Source of the DNA: Minisyncoccota bacterium
GTDB taxonomy: Bacteria; Patescibacteriota; Minisyncoccia; Phycocordibacterales; UBA5272
Length of the DNA: 64,000 nt
Assembly (NCBI GenBank): GCA_046350775.1
Contig: JAXLZS010000001.1
Span: forward strand, 481,838 to 545,837
Reading direction: 5' to 3'
The notes under the pieces were generated by a model, which did no database searches, was not told the DNA's origin, and saw only the letters and a program-made list of their open reading frames with translations. Of this stretch, positions 40,831-49,639 are shown in pieces (within the stretch, counting starts at the first letter, position 1; each line of letters begins with the position of its first letter). A program made the translations under genes and the position numbers.

Positions 40831-41226
40831 TTATTCATCAACTTCTCCATCAAATACGTCATTCTTTTCATCAGCTTCTGCGTCAGCTTTGGTGACATGA
40901 ATAGTTCCTTTTTTATGATTTGGTGTAGCGTAAACTGTGTATAGTTTTAGATCTTCACTACCAGTATTTACAATATTATGCTCTGTGCCAGCTGTGATGA
41001 CTACCACATCTCCGTCTACTAAATCCCTCTCGACCCCATTGAGTATAGATTTTGCGTTTCCTTTTTCAATTCTAATAAATTGATCAATGTGATGAATCTC
41101 CATACCAATATCTCCTCCAACAGGAATACTCATGACTACGATTTGCATAAATTTAGAAGTGTAGAGTACTGTTCTAAAATTTGTATTCTCCAAACTAGCT
41201 TTTTCAATATTTGTTATAAATGACAT
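40831..41226 (-). CDS. Cupin domain protein
   Basis: IGMEIHHIDQFIRIEKG, AGTEHNIVNTG, LKLYTVYA. Confidence 0.9.
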   Translation of the reverse strand: MSFITNIEKASLENTNFRTVLYTSKFMQIVVMSIPVGGDIGMEIHHIDQFIRIEKGNAKSILNGVERDLVDGDVVVITAGTEHNIVNTGSEDLKLYTVYATPNHKKGTIHVTKADAEADEKNDVFDGEVDE

Positions 41227-41289
41227 AAATTTATTTTATTTAACCAAAGATTTCTAATATCATTATTATACACCAGTCAGATTTTAATG

Positions 41290-41361
41290 TGCCCCCGCCA
41301 GGATTCGAACCCAGAACAGCGGTTCCGAAGACCGATGTGATATCCATTTCACCACGGAGGC
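41290..41361 (-). tRNA. tRNA-Arg(UCG)
   Basis: GCCTCCG/CGGGGGC acceptor, anticodon loop CT-TCG-GA, TTCGAAT T-loop; CCA not encoded. Confidence 0.92.
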
Positions 41362-41422
41362 TTTATTTAATGATAACAAATAAAAGACTGAAGTCCTATA
41401 AAAATTTAGAGTTTATTTTTTG

Positions 41423-41493
41423 TGCGGCGTAAGGGAATCGAACCCTTGTCCCCTGCTTGGAAGGCAGGTATTCTACCACTAAACCAACACCGC
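41423..41493 (-). tRNA. tRNA-Gly(UCC)
   Basis: GCGGTGT/ACGCCGC acceptor, CCTGC-CTTCCAA-GCAGG anticodon arm. Confidence 0.95.
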
Positions 41494-41588
41494 ATTAATG
41501 TAATAATATCACAAAAAAGATTTTTTTACAAAACTATAATATATAATAAAAGAAAAACCACTCATTTAAGCGAATGGTTTTTCATAGT

Positions 41589-41871
41589 CCTCTAACTCAT
41601 AAGCGGAATTCTGTTTATATGATCATTTATCTGGGAATATTATTACTAATATCCTCAAGCGGCACTCTTCAAAATATTTGAAGCACGGCCTTGCACACAG
41701 GTAAGTATTTTGCCGTTTCATCCGAACTAAATCGGTTCGTCACTGTTCGCAACTCTCGCCTTGCGGCGGACGGGCGTTACCCGCTACCATTTTAACTTTT
41801 TACAAAGTATGTGTTCCGACTTTCCTCAAGATTTAAAATAAGTTAAATCTCGCGATCATTTGAGGAAGAGA
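41589..41871 (-). ncRNA. rnpB: RNase P RNA (minimal, about 283 nt)
   Basis: GAGGAAAGUCGGAAC pairing with ACAGAAUUCCGCUUAU (P4), GGAUGAAACGGCAA, GUGCAAGGC; extended -10 upstream; terminator at 41554-41582. Confidence 0.92.
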
Positions 41872-41933
41872 TGTATATAATAACAAAATTAATATTTAAA
41901 TTCAATTATTTCAATATAGTGAAATTAAAAAAA

Positions 41934-42197
41934 TTATTCCCAATTTTCCCACTCCCCTCCATTTTCTACATTCACAAAACCTTTTTCTTCTAAAAAATTT
42001 TTTGCCATTTCTGCTCTGCTACCACTTCTACAAACTAGCAGTATCTTTTTATCTTTATCTATTTTAGCTAATTCTGTTTCATCAAAATTTTCTTCAAGCT
42101 CATCAAGTGGAATATTCACACTTCCTTCCGCATGTTCTAGATCAAACTCTTCTTTTGTTCTTACATCAATAAAAAAATCAAAATCTTTTTTATTCAT
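41934..42197 (-). CDS. Rhodanese-like domain protein
   Basis: IDVRTKEEF, GSVNIPL, CRSGSRA. Confidence 0.92.
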   Translation of the reverse strand: MNKKDFDFFIDVRTKEEFDLEHAEGSVNIPLDELEENFDETELAKIDKDKKILLVCRSGSRAEMAKNFLEEKGFVNVENGGEWENWE

Positions 42198-42205
42198 ATC
42201 TTTTG

Positions 42206-42278
42206 TCGGAGTGCAGGGATTCGAACCCTGAGTCGCTGGTACCCAAAACCAGAATGTTAGCCGTTACACCACACTCCG
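42206..42278 (-). tRNA. tRNA-Pro(UGG)
   Basis: CGGAGTG/CACTCCG acceptor, CTGGT-TTTGGGT-ACCAG anticodon arm. Confidence 0.95.
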
Positions 42279-42333
42279 AAACATTCTTATAAAACGATTT
42301 TATCACAAAAAAGACTTTTCTCAAAACATATTG

Positions 42334-42399
42334 ATATATAAAATACTTTTTAAAATGAGGTCCCGCTTCGCGAAACATTTTCAAAAGTATTTTACATAT
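42334..42399. repeat. Dispersed structured hairpin element, copy 2
   Basis: 17-bp stem, TA/TC, AAATG/CATTT, loop AGGTCCCGCTTCGCGAAA. Confidence 0.75.
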
Positions 42400-42404
42400 T
42401 TAGG

Positions 42405-43517
42405 TTATTTTATTTTTATTTTTTTTAATCCCACCAATCTCTCATCAGCTAAAACTCTCACCCTCCACTCCCCTTCAGAAATATTTTTCATATAAGAATA
42501 TCCCCTATATCCAGTCTCTCTTCCACCGGATACAGAATAATTTATTCTCGCCATTTCTATCCAAATTTCTTTTGTATAATCATATTTTTCCCAGACATGA
42601 GATATTTCAGCTGTGACATTTGATGGAGATATGATACTAGAAAAGAAATAGATTCCACTATCTTTTATATTTGTAAAATTATAATAATTATCTTCTAGAT
42701 ACCAAAATTTTTTATTTTCTACTAATCCATTTTTCTCTTTTATATAATTTAAATCAGAAGCGTATTCTTCTTTGTAGATATTTGAATAAAACCCAGATTC
42801 TCCCAAAGCTAGAGGTACAGCAGGAATATAGTTTATATAATAAAGTCTTAAAAGTAAAAATGGAAAAAAAACCGAAAATACAATCAATAATACAAATTCT
42901 TTTCCTGAAAGATATATTCTCTGCAGTATCAGTGTCATGATAGAGATCAAAATCGCAGAGACTAAAATAGAAATCAAAAAGGTATTGCTATTTACTTTGT
43001 TTAAAACTATAGGCACATCAAATATTACAAATAAGGTCACTCCGATGAAAAATAGTAAAATATCTGGGACGATACCATATAAAAATTCATTAGCTAATAT
43101 CGCTAGTATCACAATCAAAAATATAGGCCACATCTGAATAACATCAGAGCTCCTAAAATAATACACTAGTACATGAGACAAAAGTGTTCCTAAAAAGAAT
43201 GAGACAAGATATGTCACCCAACTATTCATTTTTTCTAAAAATCTATGAGTTCTACTTTTAGTATTTTCAGACTCAGATTTTTCTTGGTCTTTATTTTTTT
43301 CTTGTTCTTGCTTTTTTATAGATTTATTTCTGGCTCTTAGTCCCCTTTTTATCCATTGTCTTATTAGGAGTAAAGCGAAGACAAGTCCTATATCAAATGG
43401 TGCTACCCATATATAATACGGAGAAGTCACTTTTGGTAAGAAAAATAAATCTACACCAAATCCAACCACAAATGAGATAGTTTTAAAATGCTTTATAAGT
43501 GCTTTTATGAAATTCAT
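42405..43517 (-). CDS. Membrane protein with C-terminal DUF2914-like domain
   Basis: Multiple TM helices; HVW...GGRETGYRGYS...GEWRV. Confidence 0.8.
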   Translation of the reverse strand: MNFIKALIKHFKTISFVVGFGVDLFFLPKVTSPYYIWVAPFDIGLVFALLLIRQWIKRGLRARNKSIKKQEQEKNKDQEKSESENTKSRTHRFLEKMNSWVTYLVSFFLGTLLSHVLVYYFRSSDVIQMWPIFLIVILAILANEFLYGIVPDILLFFIGVTLFVIFDVPIVLNKVNSNTFLISILVSAILISIMTLILQRIYLSGKEFVLLIVFSVFFPFLLLRLYYINYIPAVPLALGESGFYSNIYKEEYASDLNYIKEKNGLVENKKFWYLEDNYYNFTNIKDSGIYFFSSIISPSNVTAEISHVWEKYDYTKEIWIEMARINYSVSGGRETGYRGYSYMKNISEGEWRVRVLADERLVGLKKIKIK

Positions 43518-43569
43518 TATCTAATTATAATATAAATTATTACAATAAAATATTTTTTGTTGAAAAATT

Positions 43570-43959
43570 TTATAAAATCATTTTTTCATATATTTTGATC
43601 TTGGCCTGCTTTCTTTCTGTGTTTAAAAATATTATTATGCTCATAATTTCTATTTCCGTCTTAGTCTCATCTATTTTTTTATAATTTAAATAGTTTTTTA
43701 TAGCTTTTAAAAGCCTTTTTCTTTTTTCATGTGAAATGTTGTTTTCAGGTCTAAAAGACATATCTTTTATTTCGTTAAAAGACGAAATTTTTTTAGTTTT
43801 TACTTCTATAAAGTACAGTTTATTGTTTTTTCTTGCCACAATATCTATTTCCCCTCCTCTACAATTGTAATTTCTATCTAAAATCGTGAAATTTTTATTT
43901 TTTAAATAAAAATACGCTACATCTTCTCCTTTTTTACCAATTTCATTATGTTGAGCCAT
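43570..43959 (-). CDS. yraN: YraN (UPF0102) family nuclease
   Basis: GKKGEDVA, RNY, GEIDIVA, FIEVKT. Confidence 0.92.
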   Translation of the reverse strand: MAQHNEIGKKGEDVAYFYLKNKNFTILDRNYNCRGGEIDIVARKNNKLYFIEVKTKKISSFNEIKDMSFRPENNISHEKRKRLLKAIKNYLNYKKIDETKTEIEIMSIIIFLNTERKQAKIKIYEKMIL

Positions 43960-44008
43960 AATTTATACAAATTATTTATATTTTATCATGAATAATATTT
44001 TATTTTTG

Positions 44009-44237
44009 TGTTACACATGAAATTTTAATACTAATTATGTATACATATTTCATATGTAACGGTACGGGTCTATAGATGTATGTTTTTTAGTTAACTTTTC
44101 ATATGTAACGTTTATTTATATTTTAATTTAATTAAGTAGATAAATTGTATTAAAAACTAATTAATTTATCTTTCACAAGAAACCATTTATTATATTATTT
44201 TATTATATTATTATATAAATTAGTTTCACATGAAACA
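44009..44237. promoter_or_regulatory. Cluster of five parS-like palindromes
   Basis: TGTTACACATGAAATT, TATTTCATATGTAACG, CTTTTCATATGTAACG, TCTTTCACAAGAAACC, AGTTTCACATGAAACA, compared with consensus TGTTTCACGTGAAACA. Confidence 0.7.
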
Positions 44238-44526
44238 ATATTTAAATATTATTCTAGATAATCTCTACAATATTTTCTACAAAAAGTCATTTTTTAGAGA
44301 CATTCTTATTTTGTCCTTATAATACATAGACATTTTGTCGATTAAAAAATTAAAATCTTTAAAAATAAAGGTATTTTATAATCGTCATAAGCTTTAAAAA
44401 GACTTTTCAAAGTGTCTTTTTATCCCCATATACACGGACTTGTCCACTGTTTTGACGTTTATAAACATTTTTGAGCATGTCTCTTTAGTACAATATCAGC
44501 CTGATTTATTGTGATATCATATAAAT

Positions 44527-45219
44527 ATGAAAGAATCAGGAAACTATAAAAATATAAAGATAAATCTTGAATGGGCTCAAGTTTTAAAAGATTATTTCGA
44601 GACTAATAACTGGAAAGATTTATCTATATTTATCAAAAGCGAATATTTGGACAAAAATAAAAAGATATTTCCAGAAGCAAAAAATGTCTTTAAGGCTTTC
44701 GATTTGACTCCTTTTTCTAAAGTAAAGGTCATAATTTTAGGCCAAGACCCATACCATGATGATAAACAGGCGAATGGATTATGTTTTTCTGTCCCTAAAG
44801 GTCTGGTTTTGCCGCCATCACTTAAAAATATATATAAAGAAATTGAAACAGATCTGAATATTAAAAAGGATTTCACGGATGGAGATCTTGGAAAATGGGC
44901 AGAGCAGGGGGTATTTTTATTAAATAGTATATTGACTGTAATAGCTCATAATCCAGCTTCACACAGAAATAAGGGATGGGAAAGTTTCACGAATGAAGTA
45001 ATAAAGACTCTATCTGATAAAAGACAAAATTTAGTATTTATGCTTTGGGGTAATTATGCTAAATCAAAAAAGTCTTTAATAGATACAAAAAGACATTTAG
45101 TATTGGAAGCTCCACATCCTTCACCATTTTCTGTGCACACAGGATTCTTTGGTTGTAAGCATTTTTCTAAATGTAATGAATATTTAAAGAAAAATCAAAT
45201 AGGGGAGATTGATTGGTAG
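44527..45219 (+). CDS. ung: Uracil-DNA glycosylase, family 1
   Basis: GQDPYH, PPSLKNIYKE, LLNSILTV, HPSP. Confidence 0.97.
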   Translation: MKESGNYKNIKINLEWAQVLKDYFETNNWKDLSIFIKSEYLDKNKKIFPEAKNVFKAFDLTPFSKVKVIILGQDPYHDDKQANGLCFSVPKGLVLPPSLKNIYKEIETDLNIKKDFTDGDLGKWAEQGVFLLNSILTVIAHNPASHRNKGWESFTNEVIKTLSDKRQNLVFMLWGNYAKSKKSLIDTKRHLVLEAPHPSPFSVHTGFFGCKHFSKCNEYLKKNQIGEIDW

Positions 45220-45237
45220 TATTTTTTATATTATCCT

Positions 45238-45299
45238 AACAAAATATTTATTTCGAATGGGGCTCCGCTTCGCTAAACATTCTCAATAAATATTTTGTT
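45238..45299. repeat. Dispersed structured hairpin element, copy 3
   Basis: 15-bp perfect stem, TC/TC, GAATG/CATTC, loop GGGCTCCGCTTCGCTAAA. Confidence 0.75.
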
Positions 45300-45355
45300 C
45301 TAATTAATATTATATTTTGGAAAAATATAAATTTTGTGATAAAATATAAATCAAT

Positions 45356-45426
45356 GCGGTGTTGGTTTAGTGGTAGAACACGTCCTTGCCAAGGATGAGA
45401 CAGGAGTTCGATTCTCCTACGCCGCA
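45356..45426 (+). tRNA. tRNA-Gly(GCC)
   Basis: GCGGTGT/ACGCCGC acceptor, CGTCC-TTGCCAA-GGATG anticodon arm. Confidence 0.95.
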
Positions 45427-45430
45427 CAAA

Positions 45431-45446
45431 AGTTTCACAAGAAACA
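45431..45446. promoter_or_regulatory. parS-like site
   Basis: AGTTTCACAAGAAACA; a further one, TGTTTCATATGAAATT, at 46147-46162. Confidence 0.55.
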
Positions 45447-45508
45447 TAAAACAAAATACCCTTATATATAAAGGGTATTTTGTTTATTTCTTATTTGTAG
45501 TATTTTAA

Positions 45509-46057
45509 TTACCAATTAAAAAAAGATTTTACTTTTTGAAACCAAGAGCTGTTCTCTGTACGAATAGGAGCTTGATTGTTTATAGCGTTTACTACAGGAC
45601 TGACTACATTTTTGTCTACTGTCTCATCTATAGAATATTTTTTTACAGTATCTGTGGTGACAGTTTTTAGAGTTTTAATAGGAGCTTTTAAAGTTTTAGT
45701 ATTTGCCGCAGGCTTTACCTCTGTCACACCGTCCGTAGTTGTAAGGGGAGATAATTCTGCATCACCAACTAAATTAATGAAAGATTTTTGATAATCAGCC
45801 TTTAATGCTTGAAATTTAGATGTAAAATCTTTTCTGAGTTCATTTATCTTTGTGTTTGTCTCCGGATCTTTTGTTGTGCCATAAAATAAAAGAAAATCAT
45901 CTTTTTCTATAGGGAAAGAAATCTCTACCTGAGAAGAAGTTGTGCCAGTATTAAGAGTAGAAGATGCTGAAGCATCTGTCTCAGCATAAGCAAAAGACAC
46001 TGCCAAGGAGCAGGCGATAAAAGACAATATCAATATATTTTGCAAATTTCTTTTCAT
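45509..46057 (-). CDS. Secreted hypothetical protein
   Basis: ATG at 46057 follows an extended -10; signal peptide ending AYA; C-terminal WFQKVKSFFNW amphipathic helix. Confidence 0.7.
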   Translation of the reverse strand: MKRNLQNILILSFIACSLAVSFAYAETDASASSTLNTGTTSSQVEISFPIEKDDFLLFYGTTKDPETNTKINELRKDFTSKFQALKADYQKSFINLVGDAELSPLTTTDGVTEVKPAANTKTLKAPIKTLKTVTTDTVKKYSIDETVDKNVVSPVVNAINNQAPIRTENSSWFQKVKSFFNW

Positions 46058-46173
46058 TGCTTGTAATATAGCAAAAACTTCATAAAATATAAAATCATTA
46101 TTTAACAAACTTAACAAAAAACCAGTGATATGTTTCACTGGTTTTTTGTTTCATATGAAATTTTATTATGTTT

Positions 46174-47661
46174 TTATCTGGCAAATTCTATGACTCTGCT
46201 TTCTCTTATGACATTTATTTTGATTTCACCTGGATATTTTACTTCTGTTTCTATTTTTATAGCTATATTACGAGCTAGCTCTATAGCTTCAAAATCATTT
46301 ACTAATTTTGGTTCTACAAAGACTCTCACTTCTCTTCCTGCCTGCAAAGCATAGACTTTTTCTATACCCATAAAGCTCATAGCTATATTTTCTAGATCAT
46401 TTAGTCTTTTTATATAATTTTCTACAGAATCTCTTCTGGCTCCTGGTTTACTTCCAGATATTGCGTCCGCCACTTGGACTATAATTGATTCTATAGTTTC
46501 ATAAGGATATTCTTCATGATGAGCTTGCATAGCTAGTATGATTTTTTCATCTACACCATATTTCATAAGTATTCTTCTTCCTATTTCTACATGTGTACCA
46601 TCTATTTCATGATCAACCGCTTTTCCAATGTCATGCAACAGAGCTCCAGCTTTTGCGGTAGGGACATCTACACCGAGTTCTGCCGCTAAAATTCCAGCTA
46701 TATGAGCCATTTCTATTGAATGGTCTAATACATTTTGCCCATAGCTCGTCCTGAAATATAATCTCCCTAAAATTGGCAATATCTCATCTGGGATGGAAAG
46801 TAATCCACATTCCATGACGGCTTCTTCTCCTTTTTTTCTCATAAAAGTACCAATATCTTTTTTTGCTTTTTCTAAAAACTCTTCTATTTTGACTGGTTGA
46901 ATACGTCCGTCTTTTATAAGCATCTCAAGTGCATTTTTAGCGATAGCTCTGCGGACAGGGTCAAAACAAGATACTACGACTGCATTTGGTATCTCATCTA
47001 CCAATACTTCTACACCACTTGCCCTTTCAAAAGCTTTTATATTTCTTCCTTCTTTTCCAATTATTTTACCTTTAGTTTCTTCGTCTTGTATTTCTACGAC
47101 GCTAGACATGAATTCTGTGATATTAGAATTACCAATTCTATAAATCGCATTGGCTAATATATCTCTTGCTCTCGCTTCAAATCTCTGCTCGCCATCACGA
47201 GACAATTTTAATAGGCGAGATTGCAAATCCTCACTTGCTTCTTTTTCTATTTTTTTAATTAAAAGATTTTTAGCTTCTTCTTTTGTGAGAGAGGCGACTT
47301 TTTCTAATTCGCCATCAATACTATTTTCTTTTTTTAATATTCTAGCTTTGATTTCTTTTACTTCCTCAGCAGCATTTAAAAGTTTTTCTTTTTCAAGTTT
47401 CACAGCTTCTTCGCGAGATTCTAATTCATCTTCTTTTTTATCAAGTCTAGCTTCTGTCTTGTCTAGTCTTTGTTTTATTTCTTCAGAAAATTTAAGAGCT
47501 TCTTCTTCTATTTTTTTAGCTTCTCTTTTTGCTGACAATATTCTTTCTTCTAATTTATTTTCAATAGAGTTTCTATTTAGAAGAGCGACATAGTGTCTAC
47601 CGATATAGCCAATAGCCATTCCGGCTATGCCAGCGATAACTGTATAAATAATCCATGTCAT
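46174..47661 (-). CDS. rny: Ribonuclease Y
   Basis: N-terminal TM, coiled coil, KGKIIGKEGRNI (KH), RTSYGQN, HDIGK, QAGREVRV. Confidence 0.97.
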   Translation of the reverse strand: MTWIIYTVIAGIAGMAIGYIGRHYVALLNRNSIENKLEERILSAKREAKKIEEEALKFSEEIKQRLDKTEARLDKKEDELESREEAVKLEKEKLLNAAEEVKEIKARILKKENSIDGELEKVASLTKEEAKNLLIKKIEKEASEDLQSRLLKLSRDGEQRFEARARDILANAIYRIGNSNITEFMSSVVEIQDEETKGKIIGKEGRNIKAFERASGVEVLVDEIPNAVVVSCFDPVRRAIAKNALEMLIKDGRIQPVKIEEFLEKAKKDIGTFMRKKGEEAVMECGLLSIPDEILPILGRLYFRTSYGQNVLDHSIEMAHIAGILAAELGVDVPTAKAGALLHDIGKAVDHEIDGTHVEIGRRILMKYGVDEKIILAMQAHHEEYPYETIESIIVQVADAISGSKPGARRDSVENYIKRLNDLENIAMSFMGIEKVYALQAGREVRVFVEPKLVNDFEAIELARNIAIKIETEVKYPGEIKINVIRESRVIEFAR

Positions 47662-47670
47662 GTATTTATT

Positions 47671-48255
47671 TTATTTCTTTTTTGGTTTTAAAATATCGTC
47701 GACTATACCGTATTTTTTTGACTCATCAGCGCTCATCCAGTAATTTCTGTCCATATCTTTTTCTATTTTATCTTTTGTATTTCCTGTAGCCTTTGCAAGC
47801 ATGTCTCTCAAATTATCTTTCCATTTCAAAACATTTTTTGCTGTGATTTCTATATCAGAAGCCTGACCTTGGACTCCTGTTAAAGGTTGATGGATCATGA
47901 CTTCAGAATTTGGTAATACAAATCTTTTACCTTTTGTTCCTTGAGACAAAATCATTGCGCCCATAGAAGCTGCTACCCCTGTGCAAACAGTAGAAACGTC
48001 AGGCTTTATGTGGTTCATGGTATCTATGATAGCCATGCCAGAATTAACATCTCCTCCTGGAGAGTTGATGTACATAGTTATGTCTTTTTTTGGATCCTCA
48101 GCTTCCAAAAACAAAAGTTGAGCAACAGTTATTGAAGCTGTTTGGTTGTTTATTTCATCGTGAAGAAATATAATCCTTTCTTTTAATAGGCGAGAGTAAA
48201 TGTCATAAGCACGCTCGCCGTTTTGAGTTTTTTCAAGTACGGTTGGTATAAGCAT
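47671..48255 (-). CDS. clpP: ATP-dependent Clp protease proteolytic subunit
   Basis: [36 protein letters not shown]; start MLIPTV at 48255. Confidence 0.97.
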   Translation of the reverse strand: MLIPTVLEKTQNGERAYDIYSRLLKERIIFLHDEINNQTASITVAQLLFLEAEDPKKDITMYINSPGGDVNSGMAIIDTMNHIKPDVSTVCTGVAASMGAMILSQGTKGKRFVLPNSEVMIHQPLTGVQGQASDIEITAKNVLKWKDNLRDMLAKATGNTKDKIEKDMDRNYWMSADESKKYGIVDDILKPKKK

Positions 48256-48442
48256 AATATTAAATTTGATTAATCTAACTAATAATTTCAAACATTTTTA
48301 AGTTTCACAATTTTCTAATTTTTATTTTCTTTGAATTTTCAGTCTATCAGTATTTTGACAATATAGCATATCTCTATAAAAATAGAAAACAAAAAACTGA
48401 TTGTTTTCAATCAGTTTTTTGTTTATAAAGTTTAAGTGTAAA

Positions 48443-48715
48443 TTACTTTACAGCTTCTTTAAGAGCTTTAGCAACTGAGAATTTTACAGCTTTTGATGCT
48501 GGAACTTTAACAGTTTCACCAGTCTTTGGATTTCTAGCATCACGAGCTTTTCTGTGTTTTACAGAAAACTTTCCGAATCCTGCTACAGATACTTCTTCTC
48601 CTTTTTTAAGAGCGTGGATAATAGAGTCAAATAAAGCTTCAACAACTCTTTCAGCTTCTGCTTTTGAAGTGTTTAATACTTTGTTAATTTCCTCTGCTAG
48701 GGCTACTTTATTCAT
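48443..48715 (-). CDS. hup: DNA-binding protein HU
   Basis: GFGKF, RDARNPKTGETVKVPA, LKEAVK; terminator at about 48387-48425. Confidence 0.96.
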   Translation of the reverse strand: MNKVALAEEINKVLNTSKAEAERVVEALFDSIIHALKKGEEVSVAGFGKFSVKHRKARDARNPKTGETVKVPASKAVKFSVAKALKEAVK

Positions 48716-48982
48716 ATTTTTATATTTATTTTTTAATATATTTAAAATATTTGTCTAAGATAAATTTCCTAGGATTATCTTAAATAATATTTGTTGTTAA
48801 TTAATGTGCACATTCTCTCAGTAATTTTTTCTTCTATTTCTAGTATCAAAAATTAACTTTAAGAATACCCTTATATTATAAAGCTTTTTTTTATAAAAAT
48901 ACAAGTTGACAAATTGTATATACGTTGCACTTTATAAAAGTCTTGTCTTAAGTGATTATTTTATATAAAAATTTAGACAAAT

Positions 48983-49365
48983 AAAAAACTCCCCATAATT
49001 ACAGCCGGGAGCGGAGCTCGACCTGTCGCTGGACATGATTGGGAAGCTTTTAGGAGTCTTCTCATGTCCAGCGATTTATACTATTTTCACACTAGTACAA
49101 GTCGCTGGACACGAATAAACCAAATTGATTGTTTTTTTTGAGGTGTCATCCTCTAGTATTTGAGATTGTCCTTTATTCACATAAGGGACGAGATTGGCTT
49201 TATCTAAAATTATTAAAGAGATAAAGCAAAATATATAAGTTTGGGTGCTATTATTTATAACATTTAGTTATGTTTTTAAAAGATCTATTTGGCGAGTCCA
49301 GCTGATGAATACTTTAATTTATACCCATAAGCTGGGTGAGGCTTTGTATCATCACTACTCACCCT
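48983..49365 (-). ncRNA. Putative unannotated structured non-coding RNA (~380 nt)
   Basis: TTGCAA-16-TATAAT promoter, at least six hairpins, intrinsic terminator CTCCC..GGGAG-T6, no credible ORF. Confidence 0.6.
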
Positions 49366-49372
49366 GTACTTA

Positions 49373-49536
49373 TTATAAACGACATATAAATATTTGCAAT
49401 ACTTTGTCTTATAAATACTGTGGATAACTGTCCTTTATAAAATAAAATATAAATGTCTCTTATAAAATTTTATTTGTCTGTTATAAAAACCCTTGAAAAA
49501 TATTGTCCTTTTAAATATTTGCAATGTCTCTGTGAA
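49373..49536. promoter_or_regulatory. Array of TGTCnnTTATAA motifs with a perfect DnaA box
   Basis: Copies at 49405, 49429, 49454, 49475, 49504, 49525 and inverted at 49373; TGTGGATAA at 49419. Confidence 0.65.
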
Positions 49537-49639
49537 TTCGCTAAATTGAATGAATTAATAAATAAAAATATTAATACCTCTTGGTGAAGAGAAATAAAAA
49601 GCGGAGAATTGATCTCCGCTTTTTATTTTTATAAACTTT

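Noticed and set aside
42190-42384. 64-aa ORF
   Set aside because: Overlaps tRNA-Pro and hairpin copy 2
45248-45454. 68-aa ORF
   Set aside because: Antisense to tRNA-Gly(GCC)
48983-49365. tmRNA, SRP RNA, retron msr-msd or CRISPR repeat/anti-repeat
   Set aside because: No tRNA-like ends or tag ORF, no SRP domain IV motif, no reverse transcriptase or cas gene in the window, only two 11-nt direct copies
49245-49427. 60-aa GTG-start ORF
   Set aside because: No recognisable protein features; overlaps the opposite-strand promoter and hairpins
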